Under the pieces are notes generated by a model. That model made no database searches, was not told the origin of the DNA, and worked only from the letters and a program-made list of their open reading frames with translations. A program made the position numbers and the translations under genes. From a virus (taxonomy: Duplodnaviria > Caudoviricetes), in IMG/VR virus record IMGVR_UViG_3300012921_000055, positions 1-40,148 of that record: DNA of 40,148 nt. One strand, given 5' to 3'. Positions 32,752 to 40,148 of this stretch are shown piece by piece (positions within the stretch are counted from its first letter, which is position 1; every line of letters starts with the position of its first letter).

Positions 32752-33704
32752 GCTGCATCCCCCATCAGGACGTTGTTCCAGTCCCCGATCTGGTCGGGCA
32801 TGTGTATCTCGACGTCGCAGCGGGACCGGGCGCGCTCTGCGAGCGCTTCGGCCGCTTCCAGCCCTGCCCCGTTCTCGTCGTTGTCGGCAGCGATCAGCAG
32901 GCGGCGGACGCCGGGCGGTATTTCGAAGCCCCGAAGCCCAGCGGTCGAGAACACCGGCCACGTCGGGACCGAACGCAGGACCGAAAACGACCCAGAGGTC
33001 TCCAGCCCTTCCGCGACGGCCAGAGTGCCGTCAGCGGCCACTGGCGCCGTCCTGACGGCGGCGCTTCGCATAGGGCCGAACATGAGCCGGGAACTGCTGC
33101 CGAAGGCCTTGCGGCCGTCGTCGGTCACATAAGTCGCGTGGAGACCGCGGGACTCACCACCGCCGCTCCGGGCAAGGCAGACGATGGCGGGGGCCGGCGC
33201 CGGCGGCGGCGGGTCGCCCTGCATGATCGACCACGGCGCCTTCCGCGGAACTGCCGGGTGAAACCGAATGTCCTGACAGTCGAGGACGAGGCCCCGGTTC
33301 CAGAGGTAGAGCGAGCCGGGCGTGTCGCGGAGGTCGACCGTGCTGCCCCAGACGTCGGCGCAGAAGGCGATCTTTTCGGCCTCCAGCTTCCGGGCCTCGG
33401 CCTGCCGGATGCGCTGGGCCTCCGCAATCTCCGACCGGCTGGGCCGGAACTCGCGAGCGTCGGCCAGGCCGAGGTGCGCCTTGCAAGCTCGGAAGTCGTC
33501 ACCGGCATGGGAGAAAAACACCACCCGCGTCCCGTCGTCCGAGACCTTCAGGCTGAGCGATCGATCACGCTTCGAGTGCCCCGGACCCGGAACGCTCGCC
33601 TGCCGACCACCGGCCGACAGCTCGCCGCCCAGACGGGCGACGATCTCACGGAGGTCTGGGATGGCGGGTCTGATCTGGTGGATTACGGCGCCAGCGGCCA
33701 TCAC
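32748..33704 (-). CDS. Toprim-domain primase
   Basis: PGPGHSKRDRSLS N-domain; AEGLET, IAADND..G and DWN Toprim motifs. Confidence 0.9.
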   Translation of the reverse strand: MMAAGAVIHQIRPAIPDLREIVARLGGELSAGGRQASVPGPGHSKRDRSLSLKVSDDGTRVVFFSHAGDDFRACKAHLGLADAREFRPSRSEIAEAQRIRQAEARKLEAEKIAFCADVWGSTVDLRDTPGSLYLWNRGLVLDCQDIRFHPAVPRKAPWSIMQGDPPPPAPAPAIVCLARSGGGESRGLHATYVTDDGRKAFGSSSRLMFGPMRSAAVRTAPVAADGTLAVAEGLETSGSFSVLRSVPTWPVFSTAGLRGFEIPPGVRRLLIAADNDENGAGLEAAEALAERARSRCDVEIHMPDQIGDWNNVLMGDAA

Positions 33705-34000
33705 GCAGCAGGCTCCGGTTCATCGAGCGGGCGGACCTGTCCGGCCACTCCCGCGATCATCTGGAAGAACGCGCGGGCTTCATCGGCCCCGAGCGTCAAG
33801 GCGAGGTGCGTGGCAGACGCGAAAACGAGTGCCTTTACGCCCGAACCGGGGTCGCCAGTCGCCAGCTCTTGCGCAGCGTCCCGGACGAGGTCGTGAGAGC
33901 GTTTGACCCGCTCGGCAGGCGACAGCGTCGACGCGGCCACCCGGAGAACGGGCGAGGCCGGGTGGGCCGCGCGGAACAGTGGGGTGACGTTGTCGGCCAT
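33701..34000 (-). CDS. Hypothetical protein
   Basis: Coupled on both sides; MADNVTPLFR start typical of phage early genes. Confidence 0.7.
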   Translation of the reverse strand: MADNVTPLFRAAHPASPVLRVAASTLSPAERVKRSHDLVRDAAQELATGDPGSGVKALVFASATHLALTLGADEARAFFQMIAGVAGQVRPLDEPEPAA

Positions 34001-34455
34001 CAGTGGACAGCCTCGCTGGTCACCACCGGGCCGGGCTTGAGGCGCTTCGCCGCGTCAGCGGCTTGCTGCGCTTCGGCCAAGGCCTTCTGCGTAGAGGCCT
34101 GAACCTCCCGGACCTCAGCCTCGGTGCGCATCCCGTCGGCGTCCATCGCGTGGACGGCGCCCAGAGAGGCCGCAGCGGCCTGAACAGCTTCGACCACCGC
34201 CGCCTGAAGCGCCTCGTCGTCCTCGCCCTTGATGGCGCGGGAGGCGGCCCCGGTAATGATATCGCGGCCCACCACCGCCTCCAGACACATGATCTGGACG
34301 AAGCTCGGCATGTCCGGCGCGGCCGGGGACTGGAGCAGGGAGACCCGCTGGTGCTTGATGCCAAGCTCAACGGCAGCGGCTTCGACGCCGCCGGCTGCTT
34401 TGACCAGCTGGCGCCAGAGCGCCTTCACCTCTCCGGGTGTCAGGGCGCGGCTCAT
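34000..34455 (-). CDS. CII-like phage regulatory protein
   Basis: LVKAAGGVEAAAVELG HTH-like segment; position downstream of cro. Confidence 0.7.
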   Translation of the reverse strand: MSRALTPGEVKALWRQLVKAAGGVEAAAVELGIKHQRVSLLQSPAAPDMPSFVQIMCLEAVVGRDIITGAASRAIKGEDDEALQAAVVEAVQAAAASLGAVHAMDADGMRTEAEVREVQASTQKALAEAQQAADAAKRLKPGPVVTSEAVH

Positions 34456-34535
34456 TGCACGTTCCTCGGTTTTGCACTGTAGCCGCCGAGCGTAGGGCGG
34501 CTGAAAAGGGGGGCACTAACGGAGAGGGGACGGAC

Positions 34536-34769
34536 ATGGCCGACCACGAGATTATCGACCCGGCGCTCTACCGCGCGATCCTGCACGGCGTGGCCGCTGG
34601 AGCCTGCCGACGCGCCGCGCGCGCCGACGCCAGCAACCGGGAGCGCTGGCTGTCGATGGCGGAGACCCACCGCTTCCATGTGGTTGATCTGCTCCATCAG
34701 GCGGCCACTCCCTGCTCGCCTGCTTCGGAGCGGGCGAGCCGGCGCCGTTCAGCGACACGCGCCAGATGA
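34536..34769 (+). CDS. Possible small antisense gene inside the early operon
   Basis: Strong GGAGAGGGGA SD before ATG 34536; protein-like N-terminal ~55 aa. Confidence 0.45.
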   Translation: MADHEIIDPALYRAILHGVAAGACRRAARADASNRERWLSMAETHRFHVVDLLHQAATPCSPASERASRRRSATRAR

Positions 34770-34942
34770 TCAACCGTGATGTCCCGGAAGCCGCGGCGCT
34801 TGGCAGCGCGCGCGACGGCGGCGAACCATTCCGCAGGGATGGAGTCCAGATCCACCCAGCGGCGGACGTTTTTCGTCGGCAGCCCGACGGCCGTAGCCAG
34901 ATCGGGGATGCCGAAGCGTTCGATGATCGGTGCGAAGAACAT
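34697..34942 (-). CDS. Cro-like HTH repressor
   Basis: IIERFGIPDLATAVGLPTKNVRRW..DSIPAEW; divergent from cI. Confidence 0.85.
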   Translation of the reverse strand: MFFAPIIERFGIPDLATAVGLPTKNVRRWVDLDSIPAEWFAAVARAAKRRGFRDITVDHLARVAERRRLARSEAGEQGVAA

Positions 34943-34949
34943 GACGACG

Positions 34950-34977
34950 ACGCTACACGAAACGTGTCAGCAGTCAA
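34950..34977 (-). promoter_or_regulatory. pR-like promoter with operator OR
   Basis: TTGACT-16-TAGCGT, 7 nt before the cro ATG; ACACG-AAA-CGTGT palindrome at 34955-34967 in the spacer. Confidence 0.75.
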
Positions 34978-35014
34978 CATGACTGCCGACGCGAATTCTG
35001 CGACGTCCACCGAC

Positions 35015-35701
35015 ATGGAGCCCGGCGAACGACTTCGGCAGCGGCGGACGGCTATGGGCTTGTCCGCGGAGGACTTGGCGGTGAAGGCCGGCATGGCGCC
35101 GTCGACCGTGCGCGCTCACGAGAACGGCCAGAACGGCATCCGCCTACCGGCCGCGAAAAAGTATGCCCGCGCCCTGGCCACAACGCCCGAGTGGATCATG
35201 TTCGAGGCTGGACCGTCTGAGTCGGTCGCCAACGATGCGATGCCGGTGGCGCGCAGCGTTCCTGTCCTCGGGCAGGTTCAGGCGGGCGCTTATCTGGAGA
35301 TACCGGACGACCCGGAGCCCAGCGGCTTCGTGCCTTTCTACGACCCGCGCTATGCCCGTGCGACCGTCTACGCCCTCCGCGTGATCGGTCGGTCGATGGA
35401 TCTGCACTATCCCGACGGCTCGACCGTCTACGTCGTCCCGGCGGCCGAGGCCGGGGTTCGGGAGGGCGATCACGTCGTTGTCCGGCGGGAGCGCGCCGGC
35501 CTCTACGAGACCACGCTGAAAGAGATCGTTCTGCAGGAGGGGAAGATGGCTTTGCGGCCCCGCTCGTCCGACCCGGCCCATCAGGAGGTGCTGATCGCCG
35601 CCCACGATGCGACATGGCCCGAAATCATCGCCGTGGTGGTCGGAAGCTACACACCAGCTGTCAGCCGGTCCGGGCATGTGATCATGGGCGGGGGTTTCTG
35701 A
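35015..35701 (+). CDS. cI: CI repressor (XRE HTH plus S24 autopeptidase)
   Basis: RLRQRR...LAVKAG..STVRAHENG HTH; VQAG cleavage site, GRSM and TTLK catalytic motifs. Confidence 0.95.
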   Translation: MEPGERLRQRRTAMGLSAEDLAVKAGMAPSTVRAHENGQNGIRLPAAKKYARALATTPEWIMFEAGPSESVANDAMPVARSVPVLGQVQAGAYLEIPDDPEPSGFVPFYDPRYARATVYALRVIGRSMDLHYPDGSTVYVVPAAEAGVREGDHVVVRRERAGLYETTLKEIVLQEGKMALRPRSSDPAHQEVLIAAHDATWPEIIAVVVGSYTPAVSRSGHVIMGGGF

Positions 35702-35742
35702 CACGAACCGTGTTGACACGTTTCGTGTAACGAGCTTAGGTT
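35701..35742 (+). promoter_or_regulatory. pL-like promoter with two operators OL
   Basis: ACACG-AAC-CGTGT (35701-35713) and ACACG-TTT-CGTGT (35716-35728) overlap TTGACA (35713-35718). Confidence 0.8.
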
Positions 35743-35766
35743 CTCCTCATCCCAGAGGAGAGCCCG

Positions 35767-37083
35767 ATGCTTGCCGAGACCGAACGCCCCACCTCGACCA
35801 CCGCTACGGATGATCCGCTCGCCGCCATCGCGGCAGCCGACCGCGCCGTCGCCAGCGCCAACAGGAATGGGGACGCCCTTGAGAGGGCCAGCGCCCGACG
35901 GACTGAGCTGATCACGTCCGCCGCAGCGGCGGCCCCACCGGCCATTGCAGCTGCGACCACCGCCCACGAGCGCGATCTGATCCGCCGAATCTTCGACTGC
36001 ATCCCAAAGGTGCTGACGCTTTCGCAGGCCCACTCGGAAGCCGACGCCAGCGACTGCAGCACCGTCGACGCCAAGTTCGAGGCGTGGAACGAGGCCCGAC
36101 GCGAGGTTGAAGGCCTAGCTTGCGAGGTCATCGACCTGCCCCCGGAGAGTGCAACAGACGCCCTGCGGCGGGTCATGCTCTACCGTCACGTCCTCGCCTT
36201 CACCGAACACGCCCCTGTCAGCGCCGGCAACGGTGATATCTTCGCCGAAGACCTGCAGGTGATGGGCGACGGAGCCATAGCGGCGCTCACCGCCCTCGCC
36301 GCGGCGGCCACCCCACCCGACGGTCCGTGGGCCAAGGCGAAAGCCGCTTACGACGCCGCGGTGATCGCAGGCGAGGCCGCCGGTGTCGCGGCGAACGCGG
36401 CGAACGACGCCTTGGAGGCGTCGATGCCGGTCCCGGCCGTCCTCCAGATCGGCCCCGGCCGCTGGTATTTTCTCGAGGCGCATATCGAGCGCGACGTGCG
36501 AGAGCCCATACCGGGCAATCGCCGCCTGACCATCGAGGAAGCGGCCGAGAAGCTGGCGGCCCTGCGGGAGTTCAAGCCCCGTTACGAGGCCGAGAGCGAG
36601 CGGCTCGGGGTCGCGCGGCTGGAGAAGGCCTACGACGCAGCCCTCGGCCATCAGGGTCGGCTCGCGGTCGACCTGATCAACACGCCCGCCCCCACCGCCG
36701 ACGCGATTCTTGAGAAGCTGCGGGTGCTGGTTTTCGAGTTCCATGGCGGCGACAGCGAAGAGGGCCTTTCGGAGCTGCTGACCGGAAGCGACCCCGACCC
36801 ATGGGCGGCCGTCCGGGTCATGCAGGATCTGATGCGCCTGACCGGGTCGGCCTCGCCGCTGGCCGACGTCCAGCCGTTCGACGCCCAGGCGTTCATCACC
36901 ACGTTCGAACGCCAGCCCGGCTGCCTCATGACCGCCACCGGCCCGCGCTGGACGCGGGCCGACACCGAGACAGGCCCCTTCGCCGGGTCCGCTGACTGGA
37001 AGGCCCTGACAGAGTGGCAGAAGCGGGCCGTTCGGGACGAGGCGAACCGCCGCGACCGCGCCGCGAAGTCGGGGGCGGTCTGA
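35767..37083 (+). CDS. Large helical hypothetical protein, first gene of the pL operon
   Basis: GAGGAG SD; 438 aa; internal LINTPAPTADAILEKL-type motif. Confidence 0.8.
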   Translation: MLAETERPTSTTATDDPLAAIAAADRAVASANRNGDALERASARRTELITSAAAAAPPAIAAATTAHERDLIRRIFDCIPKVLTLSQAHSEADASDCSTVDAKFEAWNEARREVEGLACEVIDLPPESATDALRRVMLYRHVLAFTEHAPVSAGNGDIFAEDLQVMGDGAIAALTALAAAATPPDGPWAKAKAAYDAAVIAGEAAGVAANAANDALEASMPVPAVLQIGPGRWYFLEAHIERDVREPIPGNRRLTIEEAAEKLAALREFKPRYEAESERLGVARLEKAYDAALGHQGRLAVDLINTPAPTADAILEKLRVLVFEFHGGDSEEGLSELLTGSDPDPWAAVRVMQDLMRLTGSASPLADVQPFDAQAFITTFERQPGCLMTATGPRWTRADTETGPFAGSADWKALTEWQKRAVRDEANRRDRAAKSGAV

Positions 37084-37205
37084 TGGGCCGCTGGACCAAT
37101 GCCGCCCACGAGTCGACCCTGCTCTGGCGGATTGCCCTTCTGGGCGCCGCCATCGCCTTGGGCGTCGGCTTCATCTGCGAGACCCTTCTGAGGCTCGCGG
37201 CATGA
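37083..37205 (+). CDS. Small TM peptide (40 aa)
   Basis: TGATG overlap; hydrophobic segment. Confidence 0.55.
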   Translation: MGRWTNAAHESTLLWRIALLGAAIALGVGFICETLLRLAA

Positions 37206-37411
37206 AGCGCTCGATCCTCGATACCGCCGTCAGGACCGACCGCCCGCGCGTCCGCAGGCGCCTGCGCCGCTTGGCGATGACCTCCTACCGCACGGCGATG
37301 CGCGACGGCATCAGCGATGCCTCTGACGCCGCGCTCTGCGAACTCGATGAATCCCTGCCGGGGATCGAGCTGCTCGTCCTTCAGATCACCAGCCGGAGGG
37401 CCGTCGCATGA
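37202..37411 (+). CDS. Hypothetical protein
   Basis: ATGA coupling on both sides. Confidence 0.6.
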   Translation: MKRSILDTAVRTDRPRVRRRLRRLAMTSYRTAMRDGISDASDAALCELDESLPGIELLVLQITSRRAVA

Positions 37412-37653
37412 TCATCGAGCATCACGCCGCCGACACCTACTGGTGCCCGTTCGGCCGCAAGTTCACCGGCGACACCGAGGTCGGAGCCGCTGCGGCAAAC
37501 CGCAACGGCCGAGACCAGCCGCACGAGGTCAGCCCCTGCCTCGGGCGCGACTGCATGGCGTGGCGCTGGGTCATGATCGACGGCCCCATGGGCGACGATA
37601 TCCCCAGCGAGAAACGCGGCTACTGCGGCTTGGCCGGTCAGGTGCGCCCATGA
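37408..37653 (+). CDS. Cys-rich phage hypothetical protein
   Basis: WCPF...CLGRDCMAWRW...GYCGLAG; GGAGG SD. Confidence 0.75.
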   Translation: MIIEHHAADTYWCPFGRKFTGDTEVGAAAANRNGRDQPHEVSPCLGRDCMAWRWVMIDGPMGDDIPSEKRGYCGLAGQVRP

Positions 37654-37967
37654 CCACCGCCGAACACGACCGCGCCGCCATCCTCGACCGCGTGGCGGCC
37701 GGGATATGGAAGGCCAGCAAGGTCGCCTCACCGGTCTGCTGGGAGCAGGCGAAGATCGAGGCCCGCGCTGACACGACCCCGCACCTGACCGAGGCCGTGC
37801 GCCTGACGCAGGCGGAGGCCCGAGCGGCCGTCGGCGCCCTAATCATCGGGGCCGACCCGCGCGCCGAGGACGTGCGCCTGTGCATGGCCGGGGAACACGC
37901 GACCGGCATCGTGGGCGGGCTCTGCGCCGAAGCATTCGACGCTATGTTGGCCGAGGTGCTGGCATGA
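37650..37967 (+). CDS. Hypothetical protein
   Basis: ATGA coupling. Confidence 0.65.
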   Translation: MTTAEHDRAAILDRVAAGIWKASKVASPVCWEQAKIEARADTTPHLTEAVRLTQAEARAAVGALIIGADPRAEDVRLCMAGEHATGIVGGLCAEAFDAMLAEVLA

Positions 37968-38305
37968 CGTCGTCGGCTGCCATCGCCCGTGTCCTGCCGG
38001 ACGTCCAGCGCGAGGTCGTCCTCGGCCTCACGACTGATCGATCGGTTCGCCGCGCCGGCATCGCCGGAGCGGAGTGGCACATCACCCCCGTCAATCTGAG
38101 CAGCCGCACGGCCCAGTTACGGTTCTCCGAGAGCCTGATCGCCAAGATGATCCGCGACGGCCTCCTGTATGTGACGCAGGCCACCGGCCCGCTGCCCCGC
38201 AACCCGGAGGGCGTGAAGTTCTCAGCGCGCTTGAGCCGGACAGGCTTCGAGGTCCGGCAACACCTGCTCGACGCCGGGCACGGGACGGAAAGCGAGCAAC
38301 CATGA
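37964..38305 (+). CDS. Hypothetical protein (possible winged helix)
   Basis: ATGA coupling; MIRDGLL...RLSRTG pattern. Confidence 0.65.
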   Translation: MTSSAAIARVLPDVQREVVLGLTTDRSVRRAGIAGAEWHITPVNLSSRTAQLRFSESLIAKMIRDGLLYVTQATGPLPRNPEGVKFSARLSRTGFEVRQHLLDAGHGTESEQP

Positions 38306-38424
38306 AACGCCTTCGCTGGGTGGCCGCTTGGTCCCTGCGCATCGTCGGGGTCGTGCTGTTCGTCATCGGCGGCGTCGGCATGATGCTCTGCGTCTGGGCC
38401 GAGGGCGTGGAGGGCCGACGATGA
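38302..38424 (+). CDS. Small TM peptide (40 aa)
   Basis: ATGA coupling; MKRLRW followed by a hydrophobic stretch. Confidence 0.55.
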   Translation: MKRLRWVAAWSLRIVGVVLFVIGGVGMMLCVWAEGVEGRR

Positions 38425-38615
38425 CCGACCTCCCTCCCGAGAGCGACACGCTGCTTCGCCACCGGATCGACCTCATTCTGGGGGATTTGGTTCGCGAGGT
38501 GATCGCCGCCGACCGAGGCCGTAAGCGGGCCAGCACGGCTCGGCGCCATTGCGCCAAGGGTCTCGCAGTGAACCAGATCCTTCAGGCCGTTTCCGATAGT
38601 CGAGGTGAGCAGTGA
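38421..38615 (+). CDS. Hypothetical protein
   Basis: ATGA coupling; GGAGG SD. Confidence 0.6.
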   Translation: MTDLPPESDTLLRHRIDLILGDLVREVIAADRGRKRASTARRHCAKGLAVNQILQAVSDSRGEQ

Positions 38616-38947
38616 CCGCCGCCAACGACACCACCGCCGTCATCGGCCCAGCGACCGAGCGCCGCCTTGAGGCGGCTTTCGCCGAGACCTGTCTGTTGAC
38701 GTGCCAGGGCACCGCCCGCCTGCTCGGACTGGACGAGAAGAGCCTCCGCGCCCTGACCGACAAGGGCGTGATCAGAGCCGTGCGCCGGGGTGGCGGCCGG
38801 ACCCGCGCATACACCGAAGGTGACATACGCGCCTTCCTGACGGAGAGTGCCGCGCCATGCAAAGCCGAGCCCGCCCCGAAGCGCGTGACCGTCCCCTGCC
38901 GGAAGGTCGTCAGCTTCACCGAGCGCCGCCGGCTGAAGCGGGCCTGA
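38612..38947 (+). CDS. xis: Excisionase-like HTH protein
   Basis: LLTCQGTARLLGLDEKSLRAL...GVIRAVRRG...RAY..DIRAFL; directly upstream of int. Confidence 0.8.
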   Translation: MTAANDTTAVIGPATERRLEAAFAETCLLTCQGTARLLGLDEKSLRALTDKGVIRAVRRGGGRTRAYTEGDIRAFLTESAAPCKAEPAPKRVTVPCRKVVSFTERRRLKRA

Positions 38948-38969
38948 CCACCGACCAGAAGATCGCCCC

Positions 38970-40148
38970 ATGAGCGTCTACAAGCCCGCCAAGAGCCCGT
39001 TCTTTCAGTTCGACTTCGTCCTGAAGGGGAAGCGGTTCCACGGCTCCACCGGCGTCGAGACGCGCCGGGCAGCTGAACAGGTCGAGCGCAACATCCGCCA
39101 GCAGGCCGCGCTCGGCCTTCTGGACGACGCCTCGCAGATGACGCTGGACGAGGCCGCGGCCCGTTGGTGGGATGAGAAAGGCTCGACCCTGAAGGGCGGC
39201 GACCGTCTGGAGGCGCGCATGGAGCGCGCCATCACCCTGATCGGCCCGGCCACCCCCATCTGCCAGATCACCACCGCTGTCATGTCGCGCGCCATCGAAA
39301 AGCGGCGAGGCCAGACCCGGACCCACGCCAAGGGCCCGAAGGCGAAGCAATACCTCCCCACCGCCTCGACGGTGAACCGGGACATGATCGACGCCGTCCG
39401 GCCGATCCTGAACCGGGCCCGGAAGGTCTGGGAGGCCAAGCTTCCCGAGATTGATTGGCAGGAGCTTCGGATGGAGGAGCCGAAGCCGAAGCCGAAGGAG
39501 TTCGCGGGCGACGAGCTGGATTTGGTGCGCTCGCACGTCTTGCCGCACTGGCACGACTTCATCCACATCGCGACCCGCTACGGCTGCCGCCTGTCCGAGA
39601 TGTTCTTCGGCCTCGATGATCTGGACCTGCACAAGCTGGACGACGCCCGCGTGAAGCTCCGGGAGCGCAAGGGCGGCGATGATCATGTCATCCCGCTGCT
39701 GCCCGAGGATGCGGCCATGCTCGCTGCCCGGCTGGGCCGGGCGCGCGCTGCCGGCCTCGACACGGTGTGGTTCCGGGAGCGACGGCTGCCGGGGCCAGGC
39801 GGAAAGGTGGTGCTGAAGGCGCTGCGCTACGGTGGCGCCGAGATTGCGATGCGCCGGGCGATGGTGCGATCCGGCCTGAAAGCCTCGAAGGGCGTCCGGG
39901 GGGCCCACGCCTTCCGCCACAACACGGCGATGAAGACGCTGCGGGAGAGCGGAAACCTCCGCGTCGTGCAGGAGCTGCTGGGCCACGCCGATATCAAGTC
40001 GACCATGGTCTACGCCCACGCCATCGAATCGGACGTGCGCGCCGCGCTTGCAGCGGTTTCCCGGAATAGTCCCGAACCGCGCGCGGAGGGGCAGGGGAAA
40101 GGCTCTGCAGATCAACCGTCTAACCCGTCGAGAGCGGCCGGTTCATAA
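38970..40148 (+). CDS. int: Tyrosine recombinase / integrase
   Basis: N-terminal arm-binding domain; YGCRLSE, K, HAFRH and LLGHADIKSTMVY catalytic residues intact. Confidence 0.95.
   Translation: MSVYKPAKSPFFQFDFVLKGKRFHGSTGVETRRAAEQVERNIRQQAALGLLDDASQMTLDEAAARWWDEKGSTLKGGDRLEARMERAITLIGPATPICQITTAVMSRAIEKRRGQTRTHAKGPKAKQYLPTASTVNRDMIDAVRPILNRARKVWEAKLPEIDWQELRMEEPKPKPKEFAGDELDLVRSHVLPHWHDFIHIATRYGCRLSEMFFGLDDLDLHKLDDARVKLRERKGGDDHVIPLLPEDAAMLAARLGRARAAGLDTVWFRERRLPGPGGKVVLKALRYGGAEIAMRRAMVRSGLKASKGVRGAHAFRHNTAMKTLRESGNLRVVQELLGHADIKSTMVYAHAIESDVRAALAAVSRNSPEPRAEGQGKGSADQPSNPSRAAGS

Larger units (their letters stand above)
1..40148. mobile_element. Lambda-like temperate siphoprophage, apparently near-complete; att sites not seen in the window
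   Basis: Integrase/xis, CI-Cro-CII, primase-helicase, antiterminator, terminase-portal-capsid, tail and lysis modules occur in canonical order with tight ATGA/GTGA gene overlaps. Confidence 0.97.

Noticed and set aside
40050-40148. attachment site core
   Set aside because: No matching direct repeat seen at the other end; the window starts and ends exactly on gene boundaries, so att sites are probably outside

Overview
The window is almost entirely one GC-rich, lambda-like temperate siphoprophage. The host is probably an alphaproteobacterium, possibly Caulobacteraceae (inferred from composition and gene families, not demonstrated). From right to left it contains: tyrosine integrase and excisionase, a pL-type early operon, a CI/Cro/CII switch with three 13-bp operators, a Toprim primase and RepA-type helicase, a NusG-family antiterminator, a ~1.7-kb late-leader region, a putative cos site, terminase, portal, protease-capsid fusion, tail genes, a lysis cassette, and a left-end accessory block (an oppositely oriented exported moron, a Dam-type methylase, a divergent Arc/Mnt-like pair and a hicAB operon with a third coupled gene). 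No att sites are visible. The most unusual signal is in the late leader downstream of the NusG paralog (29554-29871, minus strand): three adjacent structured RNA elements. One is a 76-nt CCA-ending tRNA-like element with no D-stem or anticodon loop that overlaps an orphan gene's stop codon. Another is a ~147-nt tRNA-shaped element with a possible pseudoknot. The block lies between two ~37-bp direct repeats. Other signals are a duplicated RAPETDAG leader motif with a nested start in the capsid gene, a cryptic acidic +1 frame at the hicA stop, and a five-hairpin array after the lysis genes. All product calls come from motif recognition and synteny; no searches were run.
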